DNA of 64,000 nt, from contig CP050890.1 of NCBI GenBank assembly GCA_016745215.1, positions 6,029,455 to 6,093,454 on the forward strand, read 5' to 3'. A model generated the notes under the pieces. The model was not told the DNA's origin, ran no database searches, and saw nothing but the letters and a program-made list of their open reading frames with translations. This document shows, piece by piece, positions 36,713 through 46,245 of the stretch (positions are counted from its first letter, which is position 1; each line of letters starts with the position of its first letter). The translations under genes and the position numbers were made by a program. The stretch comes from Thiohalocapsa sp. PB-PSB1. GTDB lineage: Bacteria > Pseudomonadota > Gammaproteobacteria > Chromatiales > Chromatiaceae.

Positions 36713-38991
36713 TGGACTTTCGCTTGTAAGCTGATGCGTTTGTCGTCTGATTGCCAGGTGTCGATCCGCAATAGCTCCAGCAGGGGTACTATATATTGGT
36801 CGTCAGCGCTATTCCCATTGCCAACGAACGTGCGCCACAAACCCTGCGCAAATTCCAGAACATTGGATTTATCCGAGGCATTGCCTTGGCTGAAGGTAGC
36901 AGAGTCGTCACTCTGGCTGAGTCCATCTAAGGTAGTGGTTGCGTCTATACGGGATTCTGAAGATTCATGCCGCGGGATTGGCCTTGATGAGGGATGGCGA
37001 GACAGCCGCACACAAACAATAGCACCTTCGAACGGCGCAAACCCACCTCGGCGTACACACCGCCCCGACCCTTGGAGAATGCCTATCTCGGCACTTGCTC
37101 CAACTGCGTTTTGCACGACAACTACATTAACCATATCTTTATCTGTCTTCAATTGCCCGAGCAGCTCTTCACTATCAATGCCAGCCCTTTTGGTCATCTC
37201 GGTAGCCGGAGCCATATCCTGCCGATAGGCATCGACGGCCTGCTCGAAAGCAGCCAGGTTTTGCGCCGTTGGACGCTGTTTCAGTGCCTGATAAACCGCC
37301 TTTAATTTCTTGTGCGCGTCTGATTCGAACTGGAGCACGGCAGTTTCAATGATGCTTGCGAGATCTTCTTTGCGCTCGTTCGGGTAGCGCGTGCGGAAAT
37401 TTCCCAGCAGCTGCCGAAGCTTATCCATGCCCGCGCGATCCAGTGAACCGACCCGCTCGGTCGTAGTCCGCAGTTTTTGCAATGCCTCTTGCTGCTCCAG
37501 CGCACGCACTTGCGCCTCAATATCGGCCAAATACGGGTTCCGCGGCAGGCTGTTATCCGCTTCATCAAGCCGCAGCCAGGCATAGCGCTCCCGAAGAGCC
37601 TGGGAGGTATCTGCGGCACCCACCCACTGCGCCACCTGTTGATAAAGACGATCTGAGGCGGCCAAAAACCTGTCGTTATCACTGGAATTCAGCAATTGCG
37701 GCATGGCTACGAGGGCAAGTAGATCCGCATTGAGACGATTGGTATCTTTAACATCGGTTTCGCTCGACGCCAGCTTCCCGTCAATCACCGCCAAACGCGA
37801 GCGGTATAGGTTGATCAGGGTTGCGCTACGCGCTGTGAGGTCTATACAGACCTGTTCGTCGGGATCTCGTTTACGCAGCTCGTCCGCACGTTGCAGCAAC
37901 GTACGCGTATCATCGAGACGGGTTTGCGAATTGTCAAAATCCTGCGACCAGGCGATGCAAGCCTTCTCAAGCTGTGTGTGGCGCCAAACACGTGGAACAA
38001 GCAAGATGCCCGTGGCGACGACCAAGGCCAAACCGATCCCCAACCATAGCTTGAGCTTGTTCGCTTTGCGTTGTTTAGGGTCGCCGATTGTGATTGGTTT
38101 TTGCGCTGAAGTTTGATCCACGGGCGTAGCCGCGGGCGCGGGTGCAGGTGTCTGTGCGGAGGGGATTTCCAGGGAGCGAGATGTCCAATTCGCGTCCCAA
38201 CAGCCGTTGATCAACTTGGCTGTATTGAGCCGATCTTCGCGTAAGCTCGTGCTCGCCGCTCCTCGATCAGATATCGAGAGTGTTGAGCCACGGGCGATGT
38301 CGATCCGCTCTTGGAAGATCTGCTTGAGTCTAAATGGTCCGCAAACACAGGAGGTCGATCCTCGCCGCTGATGGGGTAAACTCAGGAGCAGCAGCTCATA
38401 GAACTGAGGAGGGATCTCTGCGGGCAACCGAATGGGCGGTATGCCTTGCCAAATCTCGGCAAGTTGGAGGCGCCAAGGTTCCGATATCTGCGATACATCC
38501 TTGTCTTGATCCGGCTGGTCAAGCTCAGGTTCATTTGCCCCGAATTGATCGAAGTCCGGCAGGGCTGTCGCTGAGAATTCCGCGGCGTTTTTCACCAGAT
38601 GCGGCAGTCGGAAAGGGTTGAAGTCGAGCGCCTGCCATTGCTCCGCGGTCAGCAGCACCGCGTGTCCGGTGCGCGAGACCCGTCCGCCAGAGGCCCAGTT
38701 GAAGTAGACCCGGCAGATCAGATGTATGTAGCGCAGTCCATCGAAATCGGGCGAATCGGTCAGCGGCAGGCTGATGACGCCGACCTCGTCTCGCCAATCG
38801 CCATTCTGCCAGTCGCGGCAGCGTTCCCGAACGCGCTCGAAATCCGGCTCTGCCTCTTCCGCTGATTGCACCCATTTCGGCAGCCACTCATCGAGCCACT
38901 CCTTCAACGGGCTCGCGGCGGCAGGGAAGATACGGCTCTCGTTGACCTGACGCAGCTCGCCGAACAGATAGTGTAGGTAGCTGTTGGGCAT
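36682..38991 (-). CDS. hypothetical single-TM protein (769 aa)
   Basis: Central TM LWLGIGLALVVATGILLV. The C-terminal half is a long helical region. Overlaps neighbours on both sides. Confidence 0.55.
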   Translation of the reverse strand: MPNSYLHYLFGELRQVNESRIFPAAASPLKEWLDEWLPKWVQSAEEAEPDFERVRERCRDWQNGDWRDEVGVISLPLTDSPDFDGLRYIHLICRVYFNWASGGRVSRTGHAVLLTAEQWQALDFNPFRLPHLVKNAAEFSATALPDFDQFGANEPELDQPDQDKDVSQISEPWRLQLAEIWQGIPPIRLPAEIPPQFYELLLLSLPHQRRGSTSCVCGPFRLKQIFQERIDIARGSTLSISDRGAASTSLREDRLNTAKLINGCWDANWTSRSLEIPSAQTPAPAPAATPVDQTSAQKPITIGDPKQRKANKLKLWLGIGLALVVATGILLVPRVWRHTQLEKACIAWSQDFDNSQTRLDDTRTLLQRADELRKRDPDEQVCIDLTARSATLINLYRSRLAVIDGKLASSETDVKDTNRLNADLLALVAMPQLLNSSDNDRFLAASDRLYQQVAQWVGAADTSQALRERYAWLRLDEADNSLPRNPYLADIEAQVRALEQQEALQKLRTTTERVGSLDRAGMDKLRQLLGNFRTRYPNERKEDLASIIETAVLQFESDAHKKLKAVYQALKQRPTAQNLAAFEQAVDAYRQDMAPATEMTKRAGIDSEELLGQLKTDKDMVNVVVVQNAVGASAEIGILQGSGRCVRRGGFAPFEGAIVCVRLSRHPSSRPIPRHESSESRIDATTTLDGLSQSDDSATFSQGNASDKSNVLEFAQGLWRTFVGNGNSADDQYIVPLLELLRIDTWQSDDKRISLQAKVQWPSLDDYRR

Positions 38992-41456
38992 TATTGTCTC
39001 CCGGCGGACGGTGGGTCCGGTGGTGTCAGATCCTTCGGATCGAACGGCAGCGGCGGCAACTCAAGCCCCTTTAAGCGCGCGCTGGCCGTTGCATTGCTCA
39101 GCCCTGATGTTGCAACGTTAAGCAGCGCGTGGACCGAGCTGTTGGCAAGCGTCGTACTTTGGCCGGAGGTTTCATTGCTGATGTGCAGTTCGACAGGGTT
39201 GCCCGGTTCCCACCAGAGGCTGTCCACCGCCAAGCGTGGCAAAAAACCCGAGTAGGACGAGTTGGCCATGATCTGACCGCCAATGATCAGAGTCAGAGTA
39301 CCCGACGGCTTGACAGAGTTTTTGTAGTAGCAGGTCTCGGGATTGTATGAGCTGCCGCAGTCGTAGGGCCGTCGATCGATTCGAATGAATGGCTCGGCGT
39401 CCTTGATCGAGACCTTGATGCCGTCCAGCCGATAGGTTCGGCTCAGTTGCTGATGCCAATACATGAATTGTTCGGCCCTATCCCAGTAGACTGGCGAGTG
39501 ATTGGACACTTCCACCTGTCGTTCTCGTGCATGTTTGAGGTAGGTTTCTACGCTTTGGACCAGCTCAGGAGTCACGCTCGCAGGGCCGTCGAGCCGACTC
39601 AGGTCCTGGTAGAGCTTGTTCGCTTCCTCGAAATCCCAGCGATCTCCGGCCTTGGTCAGATCGGCACAGAATTCCGGGCGCAATGTCTCTTCGGTACAGA
39701 TTAAACAAGCCTGAGCCAGAGACTCGAACTGGGCGTCTCGCTGATCCGGATTCTGCTTGGCGATGCGCTGGTATTGATCAAAAAGTAGATCGCATCGGCC
39801 ACGATCATCTGCAGCAAGTCCTGCCGCGAGCTGGGTCCGATCGACGCCAATGCCGGCAACTTGCAGCGCCTTCAGAACGGTCAGATAGGACTCGACTTGT
39901 TTTGTGGCTAATGCCTCGGGGATGCCTTGCGTTTTCGCCAGTCGCCAGATCGCGTCGATGGCCTGGACCAGAAACTCTGCTCGCGCAGGGCCGTAGTCCA
40001 CTAATAGGCGCATGACATCGCCCGCACCTTCCGGAAGCTGCTCGAAACGCTCGCGGGTGGACTGAATCCGCGTGGCCAAGTCCTGCCATTCGCGGTCTCG
40101 CTCGGCGAGCTTGTCCATCATCACACTGAAGTCGCTTTGGCGTCGGAGCAGCGTGAACAGGTCCGCAGTTTCCGCCTGCAAATTCTCTAACCTATTTTCG
40201 AGGGTTTGCAGCGTGAAGCGGCGCTCGATCAACCAGGCCTGCCGCGCTTCCACTAAGTCAGGAAAATTGCCGAATGGGATAGGCCGGTCTGCAAGAAAAG
40301 CGAATGGATGGCCGATGCTCAATGCCTGCCGCGCCTGCTCAAGAACGGTCGTGGCCTGAACCGATCCGGCTTGCTGATCATAGGCCGCAGCCTGCTCCTT
40401 GACCGCATCAATGGTGCGTCGGTCCCGATCGATTCCCACGAGCACGATGATGGCGAGCAGCACAACGCCCAAGGCATAGGGCGCGGCCTTGAGTGCTGCA
40501 ACCTTGACTTCTTGCTGCTGTTGCATGCGTATCGCGGCATACATGCCGGTTTCCAAGGTTTCGGCGACACCAAGTGGCATCCAGTCCGCGAACCGATTGA
40601 TGACGAAGGCGGGCTCGCCCTCAGGGCCGGATTTCTGCTTTGGTGCGGCGCCGAGTGCTGCCACGTAGCACACCCGAACACAGGATCTTCGGCGGCTGGC
40701 CAGGAGCACATCTGCCAGTGTCCCCGCATTTTGACGATACAGAAAGTCACGAAAGACTTCCTTACCCTGCTTGATTGCCTCGGCACTGCGATTGTTGAGC
40801 TGCTCGATCTCTTCTTTGATTTCGGATGACGAATTTCCGGCGTACAGCAGATCTGCCTTGGTGACGACGATGACAATGGGCCAGCCTGGTCGGGATTCCG
40901 TAAAGGCTTGATAGGCACGCTGAATCGCTTCGCCTTGCCCCTGGTGGCGCCCAGCGGACAGATCGTCTTGATCTGGGCCACGATGCAGGCTGGCATCGAA
41001 AAACAGATACAAGCAGTCGCTGCGCTTGATGTGCTCCTGGAGTTGAAGCTGTGCGTCCTCCATCTTCTGGATGGCAGCGAGCTCGCCTGTATAGTCGAAG
41101 GTCGTACAATCGAACGGTTGCTTACCAGCAAACTCAAGCGCAAGGTGAATTCGCAGCCATTCGTTGTGCTGTGTCTTTGGGACATAAGCTTCGTCCCGCA
41201 GCAGATCGATGCGCGAGAGTCCGCGGTCATCGACCGGGTGCGAGAAAAAAGATACTTCCCCTTTGAGAAGCTTCTCGGTAACACCGAGCGCACGGCCGGA
41301 AATACCGGATCGTAAGCGGCCGAAACGGGAGGCCAGCAAGGCCGTGGTCAGAAAGGTGCTCTTGCCGGATGCCTGGTAGCCGAGGAAAGTTGCCTTGATC
41401 TCGCGTGTTAAAGGCTTGGCTGGTTCGGATGCGAGTGTTGCAGAGTCTCTGGTCAT
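38991..41456 (-). CDS. membrane-anchored P-loop GTPase (821 aa)
   Basis: G1 FLGYQASGKSTF, G3 DYTGE, G4 VVTKADL. TM YALGVVLLAIIVLVGI. A ~470-aa C-terminal helical region. Confidence 0.65.
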   Translation of the reverse strand: MTRDSATLASEPAKPLTREIKATFLGYQASGKSTFLTTALLASRFGRLRSGISGRALGVTEKLLKGEVSFFSHPVDDRGLSRIDLLRDEAYVPKTQHNEWLRIHLALEFAGKQPFDCTTFDYTGELAAIQKMEDAQLQLQEHIKRSDCLYLFFDASLHRGPDQDDLSAGRHQGQGEAIQRAYQAFTESRPGWPIVIVVTKADLLYAGNSSSEIKEEIEQLNNRSAEAIKQGKEVFRDFLYRQNAGTLADVLLASRRRSCVRVCYVAALGAAPKQKSGPEGEPAFVINRFADWMPLGVAETLETGMYAAIRMQQQQEVKVAALKAAPYALGVVLLAIIVLVGIDRDRRTIDAVKEQAAAYDQQAGSVQATTVLEQARQALSIGHPFAFLADRPIPFGNFPDLVEARQAWLIERRFTLQTLENRLENLQAETADLFTLLRRQSDFSVMMDKLAERDREWQDLATRIQSTRERFEQLPEGAGDVMRLLVDYGPARAEFLVQAIDAIWRLAKTQGIPEALATKQVESYLTVLKALQVAGIGVDRTQLAAGLAADDRGRCDLLFDQYQRIAKQNPDQRDAQFESLAQACLICTEETLRPEFCADLTKAGDRWDFEEANKLYQDLSRLDGPASVTPELVQSVETYLKHARERQVEVSNHSPVYWDRAEQFMYWHQQLSRTYRLDGIKVSIKDAEPFIRIDRRPYDCGSSYNPETCYYKNSVKPSGTLTLIIGGQIMANSSYSGFLPRLAVDSLWWEPGNPVELHISNETSGQSTTLANSSVHALLNVATSGLSNATASARLKGLELPPLPFDPKDLTPPDPPSAGRQ

Positions 41457-41569
41457 CAGTGCTGATCCTTGATGTTTCCGTTAGCAGTGGCAGTCAGCCG
41501 TTTGGGTTTCACAAATACATCAAACTTTAACTGTAGCTGTCAAGGAAGATGTCGCAGAAATCAGGCTGC

Positions 41570-41899
41570 CTACCGCGTGGCCTCCTCCTCTGTTTTCGCG
41601 AGATACCCTGGGTTGAGCAGGATGATATTGGGCCGACGCCAATCACGGGTGGACCTGCACCAACGCTCCGGGTGTCGATTTCGGGCGGCGGCGTAGAGCT
41701 GCTCGCGCTGCGCAAGGATCGCGGCATCCTCGCTGCAGTGGTATTGGCCGGGAGTGACGAACTTCAAGGCGCTGTGGTGGTGGACCTCGTTATACCAATG
41801 CACGAACGTCTGCACCCATGCGCGTGCCATATCCAGGCTCTTGACGCATCTTCCTGGCAAAGATGTAAACATTCGGCCTACCATCTCTCGAAAAATCAA
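41570..41899 (-). pseudogene. C-terminal fragment of an integrase-core (rve, IS3/IS481-like) transposase
   Basis: 109 aa containing AWVQTFVHWYNEVHHHSALKFVTPGQYH. No upstream catalytic domain is present. Confidence 0.6.
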
Positions 41900-42129
41900 C
41901 GAGTCAGCGTCTCGCGGAAACGTCGATGCAAGGGATAAACCCGTAAGTCCTTGATGGTAGCCCTTTCAAGGTGCGCAAAAACAACACTATGAATCAGTCT
42001 CTTAGCGTCAAGGGTTCGCAGGCATCCGCAGCCGCTTGCCAGCTTTTCGGAAAGCAAACACGGCAGAATCATGTAGTTGCAATCGTACACGTATCAACAT
42101 CTTGAAAGGGCTGACCTTAATGCCCCGTA

Positions 42130-42680
42130 GGTATCTTGATGGGTGCTGACTTAAAAAAATGTAAGGATTCACCGCAGAGACACAGAGGGGCCAAGGCGCC
42201 TCGCCCGCAAGCGGACCTTTACTAGGGGGCTGTCCGAGAATGAAAATAAGACACAAGATATAGAGTGCACAACTTGATTGTAGGCGCTATATGTTGTGCG
42301 TGCTCTGAGTTCTCGGACAGCCTCCTAGCCATGGGAACCGGTCGGCATAGGAGCCCGCTTGCGGGCAATCCGGCAAATGATGCCAGCGGATCGGACGCGC
42401 GCGCTGCGCCTCTCCCGGGAGAAAGGCTGTAGGCCACTGTCTTCTCGACAAATGAACTGAAGATCCCCCAGGATGCAACCCGCCCAACGCGACTTGAACG
42501 GGATCGGGATCGAAAAAACACATCCTCAGGGCGTGAGAAACCTGACATTGATTGGGCGGACGTTTGCTGGGCGCTGCCTTCGAAGAATATGAATCAGGCT
42601 TCTTTCTGGTTGAATAGCGGAACATTCTTCAACAGGCAGTACCCCCTTGATGTCGATCCAAACTCCAGGACGATAAGGCA
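42130..42680. repeat. copy A of a dispersed ~0.3-0.5 kb repeat family (interrupted by a MITE)
   Basis: Shares gattcaccgcagag..gcccgcaagcggacc..ggagcccgcttgcgggc..ggcaaatgatgccagcgga..ctgtcttctcga..cgcgacttga..gggatcgggatcgaaa..gggcgtgagaaacctga..gctgccttc..gaatatgaatca..ctggttgaatagc with the copies at ~56975 and ~63190. Confidence 0.65.
42222..42330. mobile_element. ~105-bp MITE carrying the IS1182-type terminal inverted repeat
   Basis: ggggctgtccgagaa ... ttctcggacagcctcctag with a short AT-rich core. It is absent from repeat copy B at the orthologous position. Confidence 0.7.
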
Positions 42681-42785
42681 TCCCTTGCCGGCTGCTGCGA
42701 CCGCAATAGCCAGGCCCCAAGCCGAACGGCGGAGTCGGAATTCCAGAGGGCTATGACGTCGGCATCGAGCCGCCGTCGAGCAATG

Positions 42786-42925
42786 GGGCCTTGTTCATAA
42801 CTCCGACCAACTGACGAGCGGGTGCATTGGCTTTTCCATAAAGCATTGGTTTTAAAGTAAAAATACTGGAGCGTTCGAGGCTAACCTTAGGTCTTGGCCG
42901 AGCTTATGAACAAGGCCAGCAATGG
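42786..42925. mobile_element. ~140-bp MITE inserted at the 3' end of patatin copy 1
   Basis: Inverted ends ggccttgttcataa / ttatgaacaaggcc flanked by agcaatgg on both sides. The intact paralog at ~48180 reads straight through (gagcaatggacgcagctcgg). Confidence 0.7.
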
Positions 42926-43707
42926 ACACAGCTCGGCAAGGGCTTCTTGCATCGCCTGTTCGCCGATTTGGATCAGTTCTTCGGCGCGGTTGAACTCGCC
43001 GGGGAAAATGTGGCCGACCCGCGGGGTGACGGTCAGGTCGGCGGGGTGAGCGGCGTTTTGATGGACCGAGAGTTGCCACAATACCAGCGCGCTGGAGGAA
43101 AGGGCAATGGCCAATAGGCTTGGCTCTTCGGCCCATTCGCGCAGGCCCCGCAGCAGATGCCAGCGGCGCATGAAGCCCGGGATGGCAGCCCAGATGCGCC
43201 CACGCAGGCTGCGCCGTTCGGCCTCGGGCAGCAGATGGTCGCGCAAACCGACGCTGTTGGCGACGCCCTTGAAGTCGGCGGTGACGTCGACGCCGAGAAC
43301 AACCTGGGCGCCCAGTGCTCGGGCCGCGGCGACCGGGACATTGGCCACCAGTCCGCCGTCGATCAGCAGTCGTTCGCCGTTGCGGACCGGGGCAAAGACG
43401 GTCGGCAGGGAGATGGATGCGCGCACGGCGGTGACCAGGTCGCCATCGCTGGCAACCCATGCCTCCCCATCGATGAGGTCCGTTGCCACCGCCGCGAAGG
43501 GCAGAGGCAGATCCTGGATCTCTTGCCGGTCGAAGTGGCGGCGTAGTTCTCGCTCGATGGAGCGGCCTACCAGTATGCTATTGCCGCCGAGTCGAAAATC
43601 GGTGAGTTTCAGGGCGCGGCGCCAGTTCAGGTTGCGGGCCAGGTCTTCGAGCAGATCCAGCTTGCCGGCGGCATAGGCAGCGCCCACCAAGGCCCCCATG
43701 GAGGTGC
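42887..43707 (-). pseudogene. patatin-like phospholipase, disrupted copy
   Basis: ~98% nucleotide identity to 48137-48962. Retains GTSMGA but lacks the GGGxxG oxyanion region, which is replaced by repeat-derived MSFSWVSFSW. The C-terminal 10 aa are altered by the MITE. Confidence 0.65.
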
Positions 43708-44030
43708 CGCTGACGACGGCACCAAGAAAAGCACCAAGAAAAGGAGCACCAAGAAAAGAGCACCAAGAAAAGGACACCCAAGAAAAGGACACCCACTCTC
43801 AGAGAGCACCAAGAAAAGGACACCCACTCTCAGAGCACCAAGAAAAGGACACCCACTCTCAGAGCACCAAGAAAAGGACACCCACTCTCAGGAGCACCAA
43901 GAAAGAGCACCAAGAAAAGGACACCCAAGAAAAGGACACCCAAGAAAAGGACACCCAAGAAAAGGACACCCAAGGACAAGAAAAGGACACCCACTCTCAG
44001 CACCACCCACTCTCAGACGCTGTATGAAAA
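43707..44030. repeat. tandem repeat block (31-bp agcaccaagaaaaggacacccactctcagag units and 15-bp aagaaaaggacaccc units)
   Basis: Directly visible periodicity. The plus-strand ORF here (KDTQEKDTQ...) is a translation artefact. Confidence 0.75.
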
Positions 44031-45003
44031 CTATTTTCTTTAATGTTCGACCTAAACAACGCAATAAATTCGAATAGTCTACTCATAAGCTATTTGATTA
44101 TTACAAATTTGACGGAGCAATAAACGTGACGATGCAAGATAGACCTGTGACTCACTTGATCTCGGTTCTCTTTCATAATCTTTACTCAGTCGACGAGACC
44201 GGCCAAGCCAAGCAAATGTGCGCTCCACGACCCAGCGACGCGGCAATACATGAAAACCTTTCTTTCTTTTCTGCCTCTTTACAATCTCGAGGGTGCAATT
44301 AAATTCAGATAATACCCAATTAAAAAGCTCTTTGCCCATATAGCCGCAATCAGCCCAAATATGCTTTACACTCTGCAGGAGCACGAATAGACGCGTGAGA
44401 ATTTCACGAGCTGCTTTTCCGTCATACACATTAGCTGCATGCACGTAGACGACAAGCAGGCAACCTATTGTATCAACGACGATATGTCGCTTCCGGCCCT
44501 TGACAAGCTTACCACCATCGAAGCCGGATTCGACCGATGACTCCGGTGTCCCTTTGACACTTTGGCTATCAATGATGGCGCCACTTGGATCGGGATTTCG
44601 GCCTTTCATTTGGCGCAAACGCGCCCGTAGCTCTGCATTGATTTGCTCCAGCAAACCACTGTGTGTCCACTTGTTATAGTAGTAATTGACAAGGGTGTAA
44701 GGAGGAAAATCTTTCGGTAAATAACGCCAAGGGCAGCCTGTCTTATTCAAATAGAAAATGGCATTCAGAATCTCGCGTAGATTCGAATCACGGCGGCGCC
44801 CTGTCTTATACGGGTCAAGTTCGTTCAAGACTTGCTCGATGATTGCCCATTCTTCGTCTGACAGGTCACTTGGATAGCGTACAGGTGTATGAACATTATC
44901 TGAAGTCATCTTGATTTCTCCGAATAAAAAAGGGAAAATCGTATTAAATCGTTTAGTTTTTCAGATTTTTTAGACGCCAAATCAGTGGTTTAGTTCCCAT
45001 ACA
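44020..45003. mobile_element. IS5-family insertion sequence
   Basis: Imperfect terminal inverted repeat acgctgtatg / catacagtct, flanked by ctcag on both sides. Inserted into one of the 31-bp repeat units. AT-rich relative to host DNA. Confidence 0.65.
44079..44909 (-). CDS. IS5-family DDE transposase
   Basis: 276 aa. DEEWAIIEQVL..., NKTGCPWRYLPKDFPPY, WVVERTFAWLGRSRRLSKDYE. Confidence 0.85.
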   Translation of the reverse strand: MTSDNVHTPVRYPSDLSDEEWAIIEQVLNELDPYKTGRRRDSNLREILNAIFYLNKTGCPWRYLPKDFPPYTLVNYYYNKWTHSGLLEQINAELRARLRQMKGRNPDPSGAIIDSQSVKGTPESSVESGFDGGKLVKGRKRHIVVDTIGCLLVVYVHAANVYDGKAAREILTRLFVLLQSVKHIWADCGYMGKELFNWVLSEFNCTLEIVKRQKRKKGFHVLPRRWVVERTFAWLGRSRRLSKDYEREPRSSESQVYLASSRLLLRQICNNQIAYE

Positions 45004-45024
45004 GTCTCTCAGCACCAAAGCACA

Positions 45025-45185
45025 AGAACAAGAAAAGGACACCCACTCTCCGCCCCGCCCACTCTCCGCCCCGCCGAAATGTGGGTATCCTGTACCGCGC
45101 TCTGTACCGCGCTGTATCCTGTACCGCGCTGTACCGCGTGTACCGCGCTCGCTGTACCGCGCTCGCTGTACCGCGCTCGTTAAGC
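45025..45185. repeat. partial copy of the AAAAGGACACCCACTCT-seeded unit plus a CTGTACCGCG minisatellite
   Basis: aaaaggacacccactctccgccccgcc...gaaatgtgggtatcctgtaccgcgctctgtaccgcgctg... Confidence 0.7.
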
Positions 45186-45278
45186 AGCGTCTCTGGTTAG
45201 TGGTCCCTGCGGTAGTCATCGCCATAGGCACTGTCATTGGTGCGATAGTTTCTCTTTTCGGTAAATGAAACTTCCTAG

Positions 45279-45381
45279 GAGGCTGTCCGAGAATGAAAAT
45301 AAGACACAAGATATAGAGTGCACAACTCGATTGTAGGCTCTACATATTGTGCGTGCTCTGAGTTCTCGGACAGCCTCCTAG
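45279..45381. mobile_element. second ~105-bp MITE with the IS1182-type terminal inverted repeat
   Basis: cctaggaggctgtccgagaatgaaaataagacacaagatatagagtgcacaact...ttctcggacagcctcctag. Near-identical to the MITE at 42222-42330. Confidence 0.75.
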
Positions 45382-45406
45382 TGGACCCTGATCGGGCATT
45401 ATTCGT

Positions 45407-46000
45407 CTACTCGCCAAGCCAGAGATATGGTCCAGCATATGCCCCGATTTGATCTGTCAGGCTTTTCGCGCTGTTAGCGGTAATACTACGCAGCGACTCA
45501 GGGCCAAAAGCGGATTTACATGCCGGCCCAGAACTGCCAGCAGGCACGATAGAGGTTGGGCCGGCACCGGGGAAGCTGGCGAAGATCGGCGCATCGGGAT
45601 GAGCGTGGAAGGCCTTGTCGATGGCGCAATCGTAGGGTCCGATGCTTGCCAGCACGACGCGCAACTCTTCCACCGCGGTCTGATGGCCAATAACGACGGC
45701 ACCAATACGCCACCATCGCGGGTAAACGGCAAGGCACCCTTGATCAGCGTAATACGCTCGGCGATGCATTCTCCCCGCGCACCCCATGGTGGTGAAAGAA
45801 CGTCCGCAGGGTGATCTCACGCGCGCGCTTCGCTTCACCCAACGAGGGCCAGTTGCGCAGGAAGTCGTAGGCCCACGCGTCGATCGTCTCCGGACCCTGT
45901 TCGAGCACCATCGCCTCGCGCCGACTGGCCGGCAGCGCCTGCAAGCACACATCATGCTTGCGGTCCGCCCTATCGATCCCGACTTTTGCCGTAAACTCAT
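45407..46000 (-). pseudogene. degraded, frameshifted gene remnant (possibly transposase-related)
   Basis: Two minus-strand frames each carry protein-like stretches (WAYDFLRNWPSLGEAKRAREITLRTFFHHHGV ; IFASFPGAGPTSIVPAGSSGPACKSAF). Neither frame is intact. Confidence 0.25.
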
Positions 46001-46084
46001 CGCATAAATTTCAATCGTGCGAGATGATGGTTACCTTGCGTATGATGGACTTTGTCGCTGTGGTTTCAATCGTTGTCGATTCAT

Positions 46085-46245
46085 ACCTGCCGGTCCGCGT
46101 TTTGCCGAACGGCGTTAGCGAGTTGTGAACAACACAGATCATGTCCCCTCGCAGCAGCGCTCAGGTTGTTTCCGAGCCGTCTCTTGACTGCAAGCCGGCC
46201 GCGGCAAAGCGCACCCCGAGACGCCGCAATGTTGCTTTCTAGAAA
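46085..46245. repeat. displaced copy of the 5' upstream region of the patatin gene
   Basis: ~160 bp (gcgttttgccgaacggc...catgtcccctcgcagcagcgctcaggttgtttccgagccgtctcttgactgcaagccggccgcggcaaagcgcaccccgagacgccgcaatgttgctttc), near-identical to 49215-49385 upstream of intact patatin. Confidence 0.7.

Noticed and set aside
42008-42256. ORFs beginning MCLIFILGQPP (also at 44953-45309)
   Set aside because: Both are read out of the ~105-bp MITE core, with identical N-termini from identical MITE sequence. These are not genes.
43698-44027. Plus-strand ORF encoding KDTQEKDTQEKDTQ... repeats
   Set aside because: It is the translation of the 15/31-bp tandem DNA repeats, and similar artefact ORFs appear in every frame.
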